DNA from: Saprolegnia diclina VS20
Taxonomy: Eukaryota
Length of the DNA: 64,000 nucleotides
Reading direction: 5' to 3'
Assembly (NCBI RefSeq): GCF_000281045.1
Contig: NW_008246071.1
Coordinates: 633,315-697,314 of the forward strand
The position numbers were made by a program, and so were the translations under genes. Shown here in pieces: positions 48,601 to 60,902 of this stretch (within the stretch, counting starts at the first letter, position 1; the number at the start of each line of letters is the position of its first letter). The notes below the pieces were generated by a model, which saw only the letters and a list, made by a program, of their open reading frames with translations, searched no databases and was not told where the DNA came from.

Positions 48601-51600
48601 GAGCACGTCGGGGAGCCCCAAGCGCGGGCCAAAGTTGAGTGCAATCTGCGTTTGGAGCTGGTCTGTAAACCACTGGTGGTCAGCGAGCGTCGTGAAGCGA
48701 TCTTCGAAGACGCGCATGTTCTCGTGCACCCAGAGCCGGAGGAGCTGGTCGAGTTTCGTAATGCGCTTGTTGTCGCCCATGAGGAGGCCCTGGAAGATTT
48801 TGGCCAAGTCGCGCAAGTTGAAGGTATAATGCGCCTTGGACGGAGTCGGCAAAAGCTCTTGAATCACAATGTTGTAAATGTAGATCGAGCTCGAAACCAG
48901 CGCGAGGCCCACTTCCGGGGGCTTGAGGTCCTCCGAGAACTTGCTCAAAAAGCTCGCAACGATCGTTGCAAACACTTGGCGCTTGCTGTCGTCCGACATT
49001 TCCGTGTACCCGATAATGTTGAAGTGGCGAATGAAGCGCGGAGTGATCGGGTTACGGCCACCCCCCGGCGGGCCCATGGACGCCACAAACACCACGTCGA
49101 CAATGTTGCGAAACACGAGGAGCTTCCGGTCGTACCACCCGCCTTGGTCAAACCACTGCCGGAGGATCTCAATTGGCGGCTGCGCAAAGTACTCTTCCTG
49201 CTTGGGCATGTTGAGATCGTCAATGTGCACGATGAAGCGCTTTCCCGCGGTCGGGCCGTACACGCCTTTGCGCCGCTTCTCCATTTTGCCGTCGAGAAAG
49301 TCCTGCGTCTGGTTGGCGCTCGTTTGGGCCGAGAACGTGAGCTTGAGTGGCACAAACTTGTCGCTGTCGACCTTTTCCAAAAATTGGTTGACGTTGATGG
49401 TCTTGCCCGTGCCCGTGGGGCCCACGATGAGCATGTGGACGCCTTGGGTCAAGGCGAGCTGCATGAGGAACGTCGACCGGACGCTGTCGCTCGTCGGCAC
49501 AACCAGCTCCGAGAAGCTCGACTCGGCCGGCACAACGTACTTGGGTATCGTGTCCAGCCAGAGCTTCCACGACTCGGTGGCTCGGTCTAGCGCATAGTCG
49601 TAGACCAAACCTGCCGACGGCAGCGGCTTCTTCATGCCCGGGTGACTCAAGAGCTCTTCACGGAGGTACGCGTCAAACTTGATGCGACCGGCGTCATTGC
49701 CCGTCGCACCAATGCTCCAGATGAGGCAAAACACAAAGAGCTCCGAGCAGTGGTTTGTAAAGTACATCACGTGCTCGAGGCGCGTCTCCTTCTTTTCTTC
49801 GGCCGCGACAACCGAGAAGAAGCAGTTGAGGAGCCGCAAGAGCGAGCTCACGAGGTTGTTGGGGATCTGCGGCAGCCATTCCTTCACGTGCTGCGTCACA
49901 AACGTTAGCGCTGGGCGCATGAGACAGTCAAAGAGCCACTGCAGATCGCGCTTAAAGTCGGGTTTGAAGTCAGGATGGAGGTTCTCGAGCCTACACAGAC
50001 CCAATGACACTTCGTTTGATACAAAGCGAGGCTCGTACCAGCTGGTCGTGAGCGGGTCAAAACCCAAAGAGGCAGGCTCCATGTACACCATGCCAGTGCG
50101 ACTCACCGTCGCAGGTGACGCGACCGAGAGATCCTCGACTTCAAACATCATGGTCATCTCTTGGGACATTTGGATGATCTCGCCCGAGCTCAAGCACAAC
50201 TTCTTGTTGTCGTCAAGGACCGTGTTCATATTTTCGATCCAGATGGCATCGACGGGGCCGTCAAAGATGACCCACTTGCGGTCGGCGTTGGTGCTGGAGG
50301 CAGCCGCTCGGTACAGCGTCGACAAAATGCCGTCTTGCCACTCGTGCGTGCTTGCGTCAAACTCGCCGTAGAGCTGGCCCATCGTAATGGACTTTGGGTT
50401 GAGCTGGTAGATGACGACTTCTTCGTACGCAAAGCCGTTCTCGCCGAGCTTCTTGAGCTCCGTGAGCGTGTCGCAGAGCACTTTGAGGTTGCACGACTTG
50501 CCGCCACCCGTGGCACCAACAACCATGAGGCCGTGCCGGACGCAAAGCGTTTCGTAGAGCTGGACGACCTTCATGAGGAAGAACGGGTGCGGCTGGAGCT
50601 TGAGCCGCTGGATCACGAGCTTGGAGACGCGACTGAGCGCGCCAAGGTTGAGCTGCGGCCGTGATTTGCCGGGAAAGAGGTCACTGATGATGCCGTTAAA
50701 GAGCGGAATGTCAAACGAGAGGAACTTTGGCAAGTTGACGTCCTGAAGCGCGCGGAGCAAGAGGACTTCTTCGTCCATGTCGGGGTCCGCGCGCTTGAGG
50801 TTGCCGGCGGCCGTAATGACGGTTTTCACAGCACGCATGCCGTAATCGTAGTGTGACTGCGACGACAATTGCTCCGAGCAGAGCTAGGTAGAATAAATAA
50901 CCAAACAAGTACTGTAAACGGTAGTACCTTGAACGTTGTGACCATTTTAGCACCGCACTCTTTGGCTTTTTCATAGCCGTAGGCAAAAAACATGATTTCG
51001 CCAATCATGGCGTAGTCGGGCACCATCATGGCCACGGGGCGGAAGAGCGCGGCGAGCGAGTCGGGAAGGTCCGACCGCCCCGCGTACCCCGGGTTCATCG
51101 TGATAAAGACGCCAAACTGCGGGCTCACGGCAATGTCCGAGCCTTCAAACACAATCCGTTTCTCATTCGCTCGGATCGCGAGCTACACGACGCAAATTTC
51201 GACTTGGTTTTTGAAAAAGTACACAAAATACCTGAAGCGTCGTGACTTGCTGGCCAATGACACTGAGTACTTCAATGTTGATGCGGTTGAACTCATCGAA
51301 GCAAGCCCATGCACCGCAGGAGGCAAGACCCTATGCTTGTCGTCGCACATGTCAGAGGCATATCCATCCACCAACCTTGAAAAACTTGCCCATGGCGATA
51401 TAGTCGAGACCGTCCGAGCAGTTGAAGACAACACACTGCTTGGCGAGCGCCTTTGCGAGATCTTTGGTCGTCTCGGTTTTGCCCGTGCCAGCGGGGCCCG
51501 CGGGGGCACCGCCGAGAATCATCTGCAGCGCAGCCATGAGCGTCATGTAGCACTTGTCCGTGAGCGGCGTGATCACGAGTCGGAACGAGTTGCCGAGGTA

Positions 51601-54600
51601 CTCGTAGCCGTACGGCCGTCGCGCCGAGACCTATGCATAGTACTTAGCACTCGTATTACAAACGTGCACGTACCATCTCTGCAAACAAATCGTCGTTCCA
51701 GTAGTATCGGAGCTGGCTCGACCACATAAAGTCGTCTTTCGTGCTCACTTTGCTATGCACGAGGCGCATTGTGACATCGCGGGCGTGGACGTCAATGACG
51801 GTGAGAGCGCCGACACTGATGCGAGCCAGCTTGTCGAGGTGCCCGCGCACCTACACACCACATTTATGTTGCGGCACAAAAGGAAAGGCTACATACCATT
51901 TGCACCATGTCGGCCAGTTGCGCGAGCTGGCGCTCCATCATCTTTTGAACGCCGTTGGCGCCGTCCGCCGCCATGTTTTCTTCCATCTCGCGCGTCCAGT
52001 GGAACTGAGAGCCGTTGAGGACGCACATGCCGGGCCACTTTTGGATCCACTTGACACGAGAGACCTGGGTGTAGTCTTGGATGGCCTTGAACATGACGGC
52101 CCGGATCGAAACGCGCATCATGTCTTCGACCTCGGTCATCCAGTGCTCGACATTCTTGCCGTTGGGGTTGACGGGGGTCGCCATCGCGACGGTCTCGCCC
52201 TCGGCCGAGATCATCGACGTGATGGTAAGGTCGTCTTGGAACTCGACCTTGACAACGCCCTCAAAGCACTTTTTCAAATGCGGCTGCACGAGCTTGACAT
52301 CTTTGGACTCGGACAGAATCGACAAGAGCTCTTCGTTTGAGAGAAAGTAGAAGCGCGAGAACGCCGACCGCTTCGTTTCGAGGAAATCGCTGAGCCCTTT
52401 CTGGACTTGCTCGAGAAACTTGTTGCTCTCTTGGAACCGGTCGAGGAGTTTGTCGTTGTTGCAAAAGTTGATGACGCTCGGCTTGGCTTTGGCGGCCGCG
52501 AGCGTTTGGCGCCAGTTCTTATCGACGGTCGCGAACCGCTTGCCTTCCATCGGCAGCTGCTTGTTGATGTCGGGGCTGTCAAAGATCGGCTGCAGATACA
52601 GCCACGCGCGCTGCACCGCCATCCACTCTTCGAGCACGTCCGAGACCGTACTGAGACACTTTTCCCACTTGTTGATGCGGTCTTCAAATGGCTTTTTGAA
52701 CGCGGAAAACTGCATCGCTTGCGTCGTCGTGATTTGCTCGTCGAGAATCGCTTGGACTTCATCGACGGCTTTGAGAACAAACGTGCCTGTCTCGCGGTAG
52801 TCGACGATCGACAAGCTCACTTGCTTCCACTGCTCTTCCATCGCGTTGAGCGCCTTCTCGATCTGGTACTCCTTCCCGGCCGTCTCGCAGATCTTGGTGA
52901 TCGCCTCAATGTGCTTGTCAAGCCCGAGCCCGAGAACGTAGCTCAGCTTCATGCCGCGGTCGGGACGAAAGCTCATGTGCGTCTCGCCATTCATAAGGTT
53001 CCAATGCCGGTCTTGGATGCCCGGGTTGCGCAGGGCCATGACCAGCGGGACGTGCGGCCGGAAGGCTGCAATCTCGCTCCGAATGTGGTTGGCAATGTCC
53101 AAGCAGCCCTTGATGTTGGCCTTCTCAAAGAATTTGGTCGCCTTGATGATATTGGCCCAGTTGGTCTCGACGAATTGCTCAAACTCTTCGCCGTTGATGT
53201 CAAGGAACGCGCCTTCCATCCACTTTTTGTGGTCCTTGAGCCAGTTGTTGGCCGTCTTCCAAAGCGTCGCGTACGGCTCAAAGTCGCGCCGGATGCGGCT
53301 AATCTCTTCGTAGTCGGTCATCTCCTGGCCAAAGAGCCCTTCGCGCGAGTTGAAGAGCCGCGCGTCTTCGTCGGCCTTGATGATCTTTTGCTCAATATTC
53401 ACCACGTATCTATAAAGCGATACGCTGATAGAAGCCAAGTCCGATACAAACGTACTTGAAGACTTGCTCGACGCGGGCGAGGTCCGTGTACTGCTTGAAG
53501 CCGTCGACTTCTTGGTGTAGAATGCGCAATGACTCTGTAAACTCCACCTGCTGGTCCCGCATCTCGCCGAGAAACTGCTCGTTTTGCATGGCGAGGATGT
53601 TGTTCATCTTGTGCACTTGGTCGTAAATGTGGTTGGGACCGAGCCTGACTCGCCAAATCGCCACAAAGTCGTCCTTCTCCATCCGGTACTGGAACGAGTC
53701 GAGGAGCTACACAGCAGGTCGGTCGCGTCGATGTCGACCTCCATCCACAACGCGTACCGCGCGGTACTTGATGAGCTGCTGGGACGAGGCAAGCAATGGC
53801 GCTAGCTGTGCACTGATGCTGTCAATGTACTGCTTCATCTCGGTGAGTTGTTCAATGTCGGTCGGTATCTTTTGCAGCTGGCGGTTGATTGGCTCAAACT
53901 TGCTGTGGAGGTCCTTGGCCAGCGTCGTGCACTTGACAAGCTGGCAGTCGAGGAGCTTCTTGGCGAGGCGCCGGTGCTTCTCGGCCAGCTGCGCCCGCAT
54001 CGCAGCGCAGCTCACCGTGTACATACCAAGCTCAATGTTCATGGCTGGAATCGCGTCTTCAATGTCAAGTGCGTCTTGGGCGTGCTGCTTGATCCGGTCG
54101 CTGAGCTCTTGCAAGTTGGGCGGGTCCTGCGCGCGGAAGATGTCCAAGTAGTGATCCTCGTCGAGGTTCATGAACGCAATGTAGCTACATGGATTTATGG
54201 AGCTGATCGACGACCATTTTCGTTGATACCGGTCATATTGCTTGAGGTATGCGCGCAGGGGCACTTCGCTCTTTTCGATGAGCTTGGCGACGTCGTCTCG
54301 CAGCGCTTGCACCCACGGTTCGTTGGCGTTGACGTACGGAATCGAAGGATGACTGCTCCAGAAAAGCTTGTCCATCACCAATTGCTCGACCTGCACGGTG
54401 CATTCACGGTGCCGGAGAAATATATATTCGTACCTGCTTGATGTCCTTGCACGTGTCGATCGACTTGTTGAAGACGTCGAGCACGAGCTGCGAGAACGCA
54501 GGGATCGGTGTGTTGTAGCCAAAGTTGTGGCCCATTTTGGCCGGGACGGGCTCGAACGGACACGGTTCGTCGTCACGCTCTAGGTGCACGGTAAAACCTT

Positions 54601-56846
54601 AACTACATCGCCGATCGACGCACTGTTGTCGTTGTCCGGGTCTTCTTCGAGCTGCTTGGCGCGCTTGACCTCTTGCTCGTGCACCCACTCGTCAATCTTG
54701 GCTTGGGCCTCGTCGATCTCGTGCTGGTTGATCACTATAAGCTCGGACGCAACGCTCAGCGTGAGCGCAAAGAGCGCCGGTGGGTTCTGGAGCTGGCGCT
54801 GGCGGCAAAGAAACTCGAATTTCGCAGGCCCAATGTTCTCGGCAGCTACAAGCAAAGATGTTATTGTATACATGTGGAGCGAGGTCTGTACCGCGGCGCT
54901 TCTCAATGTCAGGGTACGACAAGACGGTCGTTTTCGCATCGACGACTTTGACGCTGGCTTCGGCCGCCTTGGCCATAAAGATGCAATACGAGGCAAGCGA
55001 CTGCTCGGCCAGGAAGCGCAGTGTGTCCTATCGCGCACTTGAGCTGGTATGAGTATGCACGTCGTCGACAACCTTCATGACGAGGTTGACGCGGTGCAGG
55101 AACGATCGGAGCTTGCTGAACTCGTACGTGTCCCGGCGCGTTTCTTGGAGGTTGTACCAGCCCTTCCCAACGTGCGCGAGGGACGTCTTGATCGCGTGCG
55201 TGATCTTGTTGGGCCAGTCTTCGTGCAGCAGCTTGTACATGGCGCGCTCTTGGGTGTTTTGGCGCTGCTGAAACTCCTACATATCCATTCGGAGCCTGGG
55301 TTGCATGGCACTCGTGTACTTCGAGTTTGAGGCTGCGGGTCGTTTTGAGGCTAAAGATATCGACGCACAATAGACGGTAGCACTCTTCGTTGACCTTGAC
55401 GGCCGCCGCTAGCGTCTATGCATATCCAAAGGATAGGTCACATAGTAGTATCCTGTGAATTCAACCTCGGGCGACGTTAGAAACGTCTGGAACGAAAACC
55501 CGATAAACTGGTCGGCGTAGTCGATGGGCGGCGCAATCACGCGGTGCTTGGTCGTATCGATCACGTGCGACTCATCGGGCGGCGCGCACAGGAAAAAGTT
55601 GGTGCCACGTCCGCTCGCTTGCTGGTGCTCAAAGATGATGCGGCACATGGTGCGGAGGTAGTCGGTGTGCACTTCGGCAACGATCTTGGTCGTGTCGGGC
55701 GGAACGACGCTCTTAGCCTGGAAGACGCTCGTCGCGAGCTTGATAATCTTGTTGACATTTTCCGTCCCGAGCTTGTGGAGGTCGTCCGACGGCATGCAGT
55801 CGATGTAAATGTTCTTGCGGATCGCCGACTGCGCGTAGAGGCGCGCCAAGTGCGCAGCATGGACGCGGTTCACAAAGCCTTCGGGGTCCTCGGCCTAGAA
55901 AAAAGCTGCGTTGTATCCTCTCTGCCTTCGCGCCTAGTACCTTGAAGCAAATGTCGCACCGATGCAGAGGCATCTCGTCCTGGCCGAAACGAACCGTGAA
56001 GAGGTCGCGCTCGGCCGAGTACGCAATCACGTGGCCCTCGTTCCAGAGGCCGGGCAAACCAGGCCGGCCGTAGAGCGCCGTCACCGGGATCGCGACGGTT
56101 CCGTCCTTTCTCTTGCCGCAAGCAATCCAGTCCTACGACGCCATTCTCAAGAGGTCGGTCGGTGGTCGAGGGTCTCGCACCTCGGGTTCGCGCTCTTCAA
56201 ACGACTTGTCATCAAAGAGGTGCAGTGGTAGCGCCTCGATGAGCTGCATGGCGACCCCGCTCGTGTCGTTGATGACGTCCTGGTACTCGCGACTGCCAAA
56301 GAGCTCGGATAGCTTTTCTTCGATCAGTTTGCCGACGTTGGCCGACTCGAAGAGGCGCCGCTTTCTAAAGATCGAAGCATGAGCAAGAGCAAGAGCATGA
56401 GGATCGTCGAGTACCGCTCGACTTCGACTTGGCGAGGAGGCCGATCGGCCGTGCGCTCGTGCGGTAGGAACACCTTGGGCTCAATGTCGCCACGCTGCTT
56501 GCGCACGATGGGCACGGTCGTGGACATGCCAATGCTGAGGCCGACCGCGTACGCTGTGCAGGATATCGTTATGGCTCATGAGAACGAAGATGAGAGCATG
56601 TACCTGGTGGCATGTCGACTGCCATGTGCGGGCCCGTAATGTGCGTCGACGTGCGCAGCCGTATGCTCTCATCGGGCGTCGGGATCGGATCGAGGAAGAC
56701 GACGCCGCCGGCCTTTTCGTCCACAGGCTTGGGCTTCACGGGGCTCGTCGACGGCGCCAAGGTCTTCCGACCGCGCTACATGCATGCGTCCATTGCCCTC
56801 GGCGCAAGCAGGATCGCGCATCGTCTACCTTGATCGGGCTTGGCAT
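42679..56846 (-). CDS. DNAH1: Axonemal single-headed inner-arm dynein heavy chain, DNAH1-like
   Basis: P-loops [33 protein letters not shown]; stalk/MTBD; C-terminus [23 protein letters not shown]…[15 protein letters not shown]-terminus PKVFLP…[14 protein letters not shown]…LPLHLFDD typical of the DNAH1 class; predicted start MPSPIK|RGRK at 56846. Confidence 0.93.
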
Positions 56847-57064
56847 GCTCGTCGGATCCTTGAAAGTCCCCGCGACTCTTCACGCTTGTCGCGTTTCGTT
56901 CCGGATACGATACCGAGCGTATCCGGTTGTCCTCGGACTCAATTGACTGCGCGGTACTATTTTTTTGATTTTGCAATTTCTGATATGGGTCACAGCTTGA
57001 AGCCACGTGCTTTTTTATAAATTGAGTTGCAATTGAGCGTATCCAGCGGTGGCAGAAGGCAAAA

Positions 57065-60000
57065 ATGTGGCGGCTCCTTCCTCGAGCGACGGACGCGCGC
57101 AAGGCGCATGGCCGGTGGGCCTCGGCCGCATGGCGCGGGTACGGTGCTGGCAGCGACAACGGCGACGTCCAAGGTACCAGCGGCGACACGCCGTGGCGCG
57201 TGCAAAAGATGAGCGCGTCGGCGATTCGGTCGCAGGAAGAGACCCGGCGCGTGCTCATCTTGATCCGCACGTTCAAGCAGTATGGCCACTTTGTCGCGCA
57301 CATTGACCCGCTCGAAAACAGTCCGTCCAAGAATGCACGTAGTAGCTCATGGCGAAACATTTGTATGGCGTAGGCGAGAAGATGCCCGAGCTGCAAAAGT
57401 GGAACTGGGGCAGTCGCTGGGTCGAGAAGCCGTACTTTGACGACTTTAACCTCAACTCGCTCGCGCACGGCAAGAACCTCGAGCTCACGGCGCATGGTAC
57501 GCCAGCCCTTTTCGCTTCTCGACGCTCGACGGCACCATTCTAGGCTTCTCGGAGGCGGACCTGGACCGCGAGTTCTTCATTGGCGACGACCTCTCGATTG
57601 GCCCGATCGCAACGCTCCGCAACGTACGGCGCTATGGAAAGTACACGTCTCATGCTAGCACCCAACAGATCGTGGACGAGCTCCGGGGCTTGTATTGCGG
57701 GCACATTGCCACCGAGTACCAGCACCTGCGCAACCGCGACGCCGCCCTCTGGATCCGACAGAGCCTCACCAAGTACAAGGTGCGTCGCCCTTGTGTTCGC
57801 GGAACGACTCGACCTCTCCGTGCAGGATTTTGAGTTTTCGCCGACGGAAAAGACGGCGATCTTCCAGCACATGCTGCGCGCCGAGCTTTTCGAAAAGTTT
57901 CTTGGCCGGCGGTACAGATTCTGTAGTAGACTCTGTTTCGATCCCTGCGTAGCTTTTCGGGCGCCAAGCGCTTCTCGATCGAAGGCGGCGAGAGCATCAT
58001 CCCGGGGCTGAAGGAGCTCCTCGAGAGCGCGAGCGATGCTGGCGTCGACTCTGTGCACATGGGGATGGCCCACCGCGGTACAGTGTCCGTCGTTACGGCA
58101 TATTCTCAAGCGAAGCATGTAGGACGCCTCAACGTGCTCGCCAACGTCTTGCAGCGTCCCCTCCATGCGATCATGTCGCAGTTTCAGCCGTACTTGCCAG
58201 ACGAGCCAGAGTACCCCAACAATTCGGACGACGTCCGGTACCACTTGGGCACGGTCTCGCACTTGACGATGCGCAATGGCAAGACCATGGAGGTCCGGAT
58301 TGGTGCCAAATGCCGCTTTCCCGTCACCTTGGGACTAGGTGAAATTGGCCGCCAACCCATCGCACTTGGAAGCTGTAGACATGCATCGCCAACCACGCGT
58401 CGTTATGCTGCGTTGCCGTAGGTCAACTCGGTCGTATTGGGGGAGACGCGGGCGTGCCAGGACCAGCTTTCTGACGCGAACGGCTCTCGCGTGATGCCGC
58501 TACTGCTGCACGGCGACGCCTCCATGTTCCAGGGCTCGGTCCGGTACACTCGTGTGGCGCGTGCGTGGTATATACCGGTATGCATGTAGTGAGGCCTTTG
58601 GCTTCAGCGCGCTCGAGGATTTCAAGACTGGCGGCACGGTCCACGTCATCATCAACAACCAGATTGGCTTTACGACTCTGCCCAAGCAAGCCGACTCGGC
58701 CGTTTATTGCAGGTACCTTCCTCGCTGAACACGCTGCATGCGAAGATTGCGCGTAGCGATGTCGCCAAAATCTCGCGCAGTCCGATCTTCCACGTCAATG
58801 GCGACGACCCCGAAGCGGTGGTCAAGGTGATGAAAATGGCGGTCGAGTACCGGCAAAAGTTCAAGTGCGACGTGGTCGTCGATCTCGTGTGTTATCGCCG
58901 CCATGGCCACAACGAGCAGGTACTGGAGATACATCCATCTCCCAATCAACTTTGTGAATAGGACTCGCCCGAGATCACGGCCCCCGTCATGTATCATCGC
59001 ATCAACCAGCACCCGACCGTGATCAACCTCTACTGCAAGCAGCTTCTCAAGGACGGGCACTTGACGCCTTCCGACAAGGCGTCGTTGGCCAACGCGATCG
59101 AGGTCGAGCTCGCGGCCGAGCTCGAGCACTCGAAATCGTGTCCGTCGCCGTGGGACAACATGGGCGATGGCCACGCACGCCGCGTGGACGACCCTAACGA
59201 CGCGCTCCGAGCTGGCTTTGTCGACACGGGCGTCGACCGCAAACTGCTGGAAGAAGTTGGCGCCCAGATTTTCCGACTGCCGCCGGGCTTTACCGCCCAC
59301 AAAAAGGTATATTTGCGTGTTCGTGCGACACCAATCACGTCGAAGTCGTAGGTGGAAGCCATCATGAACAACCGCCTACGTGCGGTCGAGACAGGCGCCC
59401 GTGTCGACTGGGCGACGGCCGAAGCGTTGGCGTTCGGGTCGCTCCTCGCCGAGGGCGTTCACGTGCGCCTTAGTGGTCAAGATTGCGAGCGCGGTACATT
59501 CAACCAAGTACAATCTCGCTTGCCTCTGCCATTGGCGCTGACAAGGCGAGGTGTTAGCGCCACGCAGTTTTGTACGACCAGTTTGAAGCCCTCTCCATGC
59601 GGAACGTGACCTACACACCGCTCAATGGTAATCGATGACGCAGTGTCTCAACCCACCCATAAGAAATGAGATAGAGCTTTCGGTGGACGTCTTGGCGGCC
59701 AAGGTGGCCTCGTACACACCGCCGGACGCTGTGACTCCTCGCATTCAGGTGTGCAACAGTCCGCTCAGCGAAGAAGGCGTCCTTGGCTTCGAGTATGGCT
59801 ACAGTCTCCAGAGGTACGTCTCCTCTATACGCAGCAAGATAGTACCCCGTGGAGTAGTCCGGCGTCGCTGACCATCTGGGAGGCGCAGTTTGGAGACTTT
59901 GCCAATGGCGCCCAGACGATCATCGATACGTTTCTCGTTTGCGGCGAGCAAAAGTGGCATCGGCGGTCCGGTCTTATTCTCAATTTGCCCCACGGCTACG

Positions 60001-60894
60001 AAGGCCAAGGCCCAGAGCACAGCAGCGCCCGCGTCGAGCGGTTCCTCCAGCAAGTCAATGAAGATGCGGACGTGTTCCAGTCCGAGGCCAACGACGTGGG
60101 CGCCAACATCCACGTGGCCATGCCGACGACACCCGCGCAGTACTTTCATGCCCTTCGCCGCCAAGTCCGCGCGCCGTACGCACCACGTTTCCATATCCTA
60201 GGATATCACCGTATGACATCATTAGGTACCGCAAGCCGCTCGTCATGTTTACCCCGAAATCGCTCTTGCACCACCGCCCGTGCACGTCCGACTTGAACAA
60301 CTTTGACCAAGGCACAAGCTTCCAGCGCGTGCTCGGGCCCCACGCCGACGACTTGCGCCGTATGGACGACGATACCAAGGTACTCCGATCGACATAAGAA
60401 GCGCACGCCATGCTCCGATGCCCACCTTAGATTCGTCGTCTCGTGCTCTGCAGCGGCAAGATCTACTACCCCCTCGTCCAAGCCATGCGCGCACGCAACA
60501 TCACCAACATCGCCACGGCGCGCGTCGAGCAGCTCGTGCCATTCCCGTTTGCGGATCTCGCGCACCACGTGCAGCAGTACCCGGACGCCCAAGTCGTTTG
60601 GGTCCAGGTAAAGACGACGCAGAATCGAGCGGTCGTCAGGATCGCATGGTGTAGGAAGAGCCCAAGAACATGGGGGCGTGGACGTACTGCCAGCCGCGCG
60701 TCACGACTGTCATGCGGCACCTTGGCGACGTACGTGCGCGCTCGAATAGCTCGTCCATACTGATGCCGCTCTCTGTGTAGCAACGAAGCGTGTCGTACGT
60801 TGGGCGGCCCCCGACGGCGTCCCCAGCCACGGGCCAGTACGAGATTCATTTGCAAGAAATGCGTGGCATCATCGAAGATGCGCTCGCGCCATAG
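57065..60894 (+). CDS. 2-oxoglutarate (2-oxoacid) dehydrogenase E1 component, divergent; mitochondrial presequence-like N-terminus
   Basis: [41 protein letters not shown]…[102 protein letters not shown]. Confidence 0.92.
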
Positions 60895-60902
60895 TAAGCA
60901 CC

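Noticed and set aside
42679..56846. Dynein (and SPAG17, HIRA, E1) broken into many ORFs, suggesting pseudogenes or recoding
   Set aside because: Every break I inspected is explained by a canonical short GT-AG intron that restores the frame.
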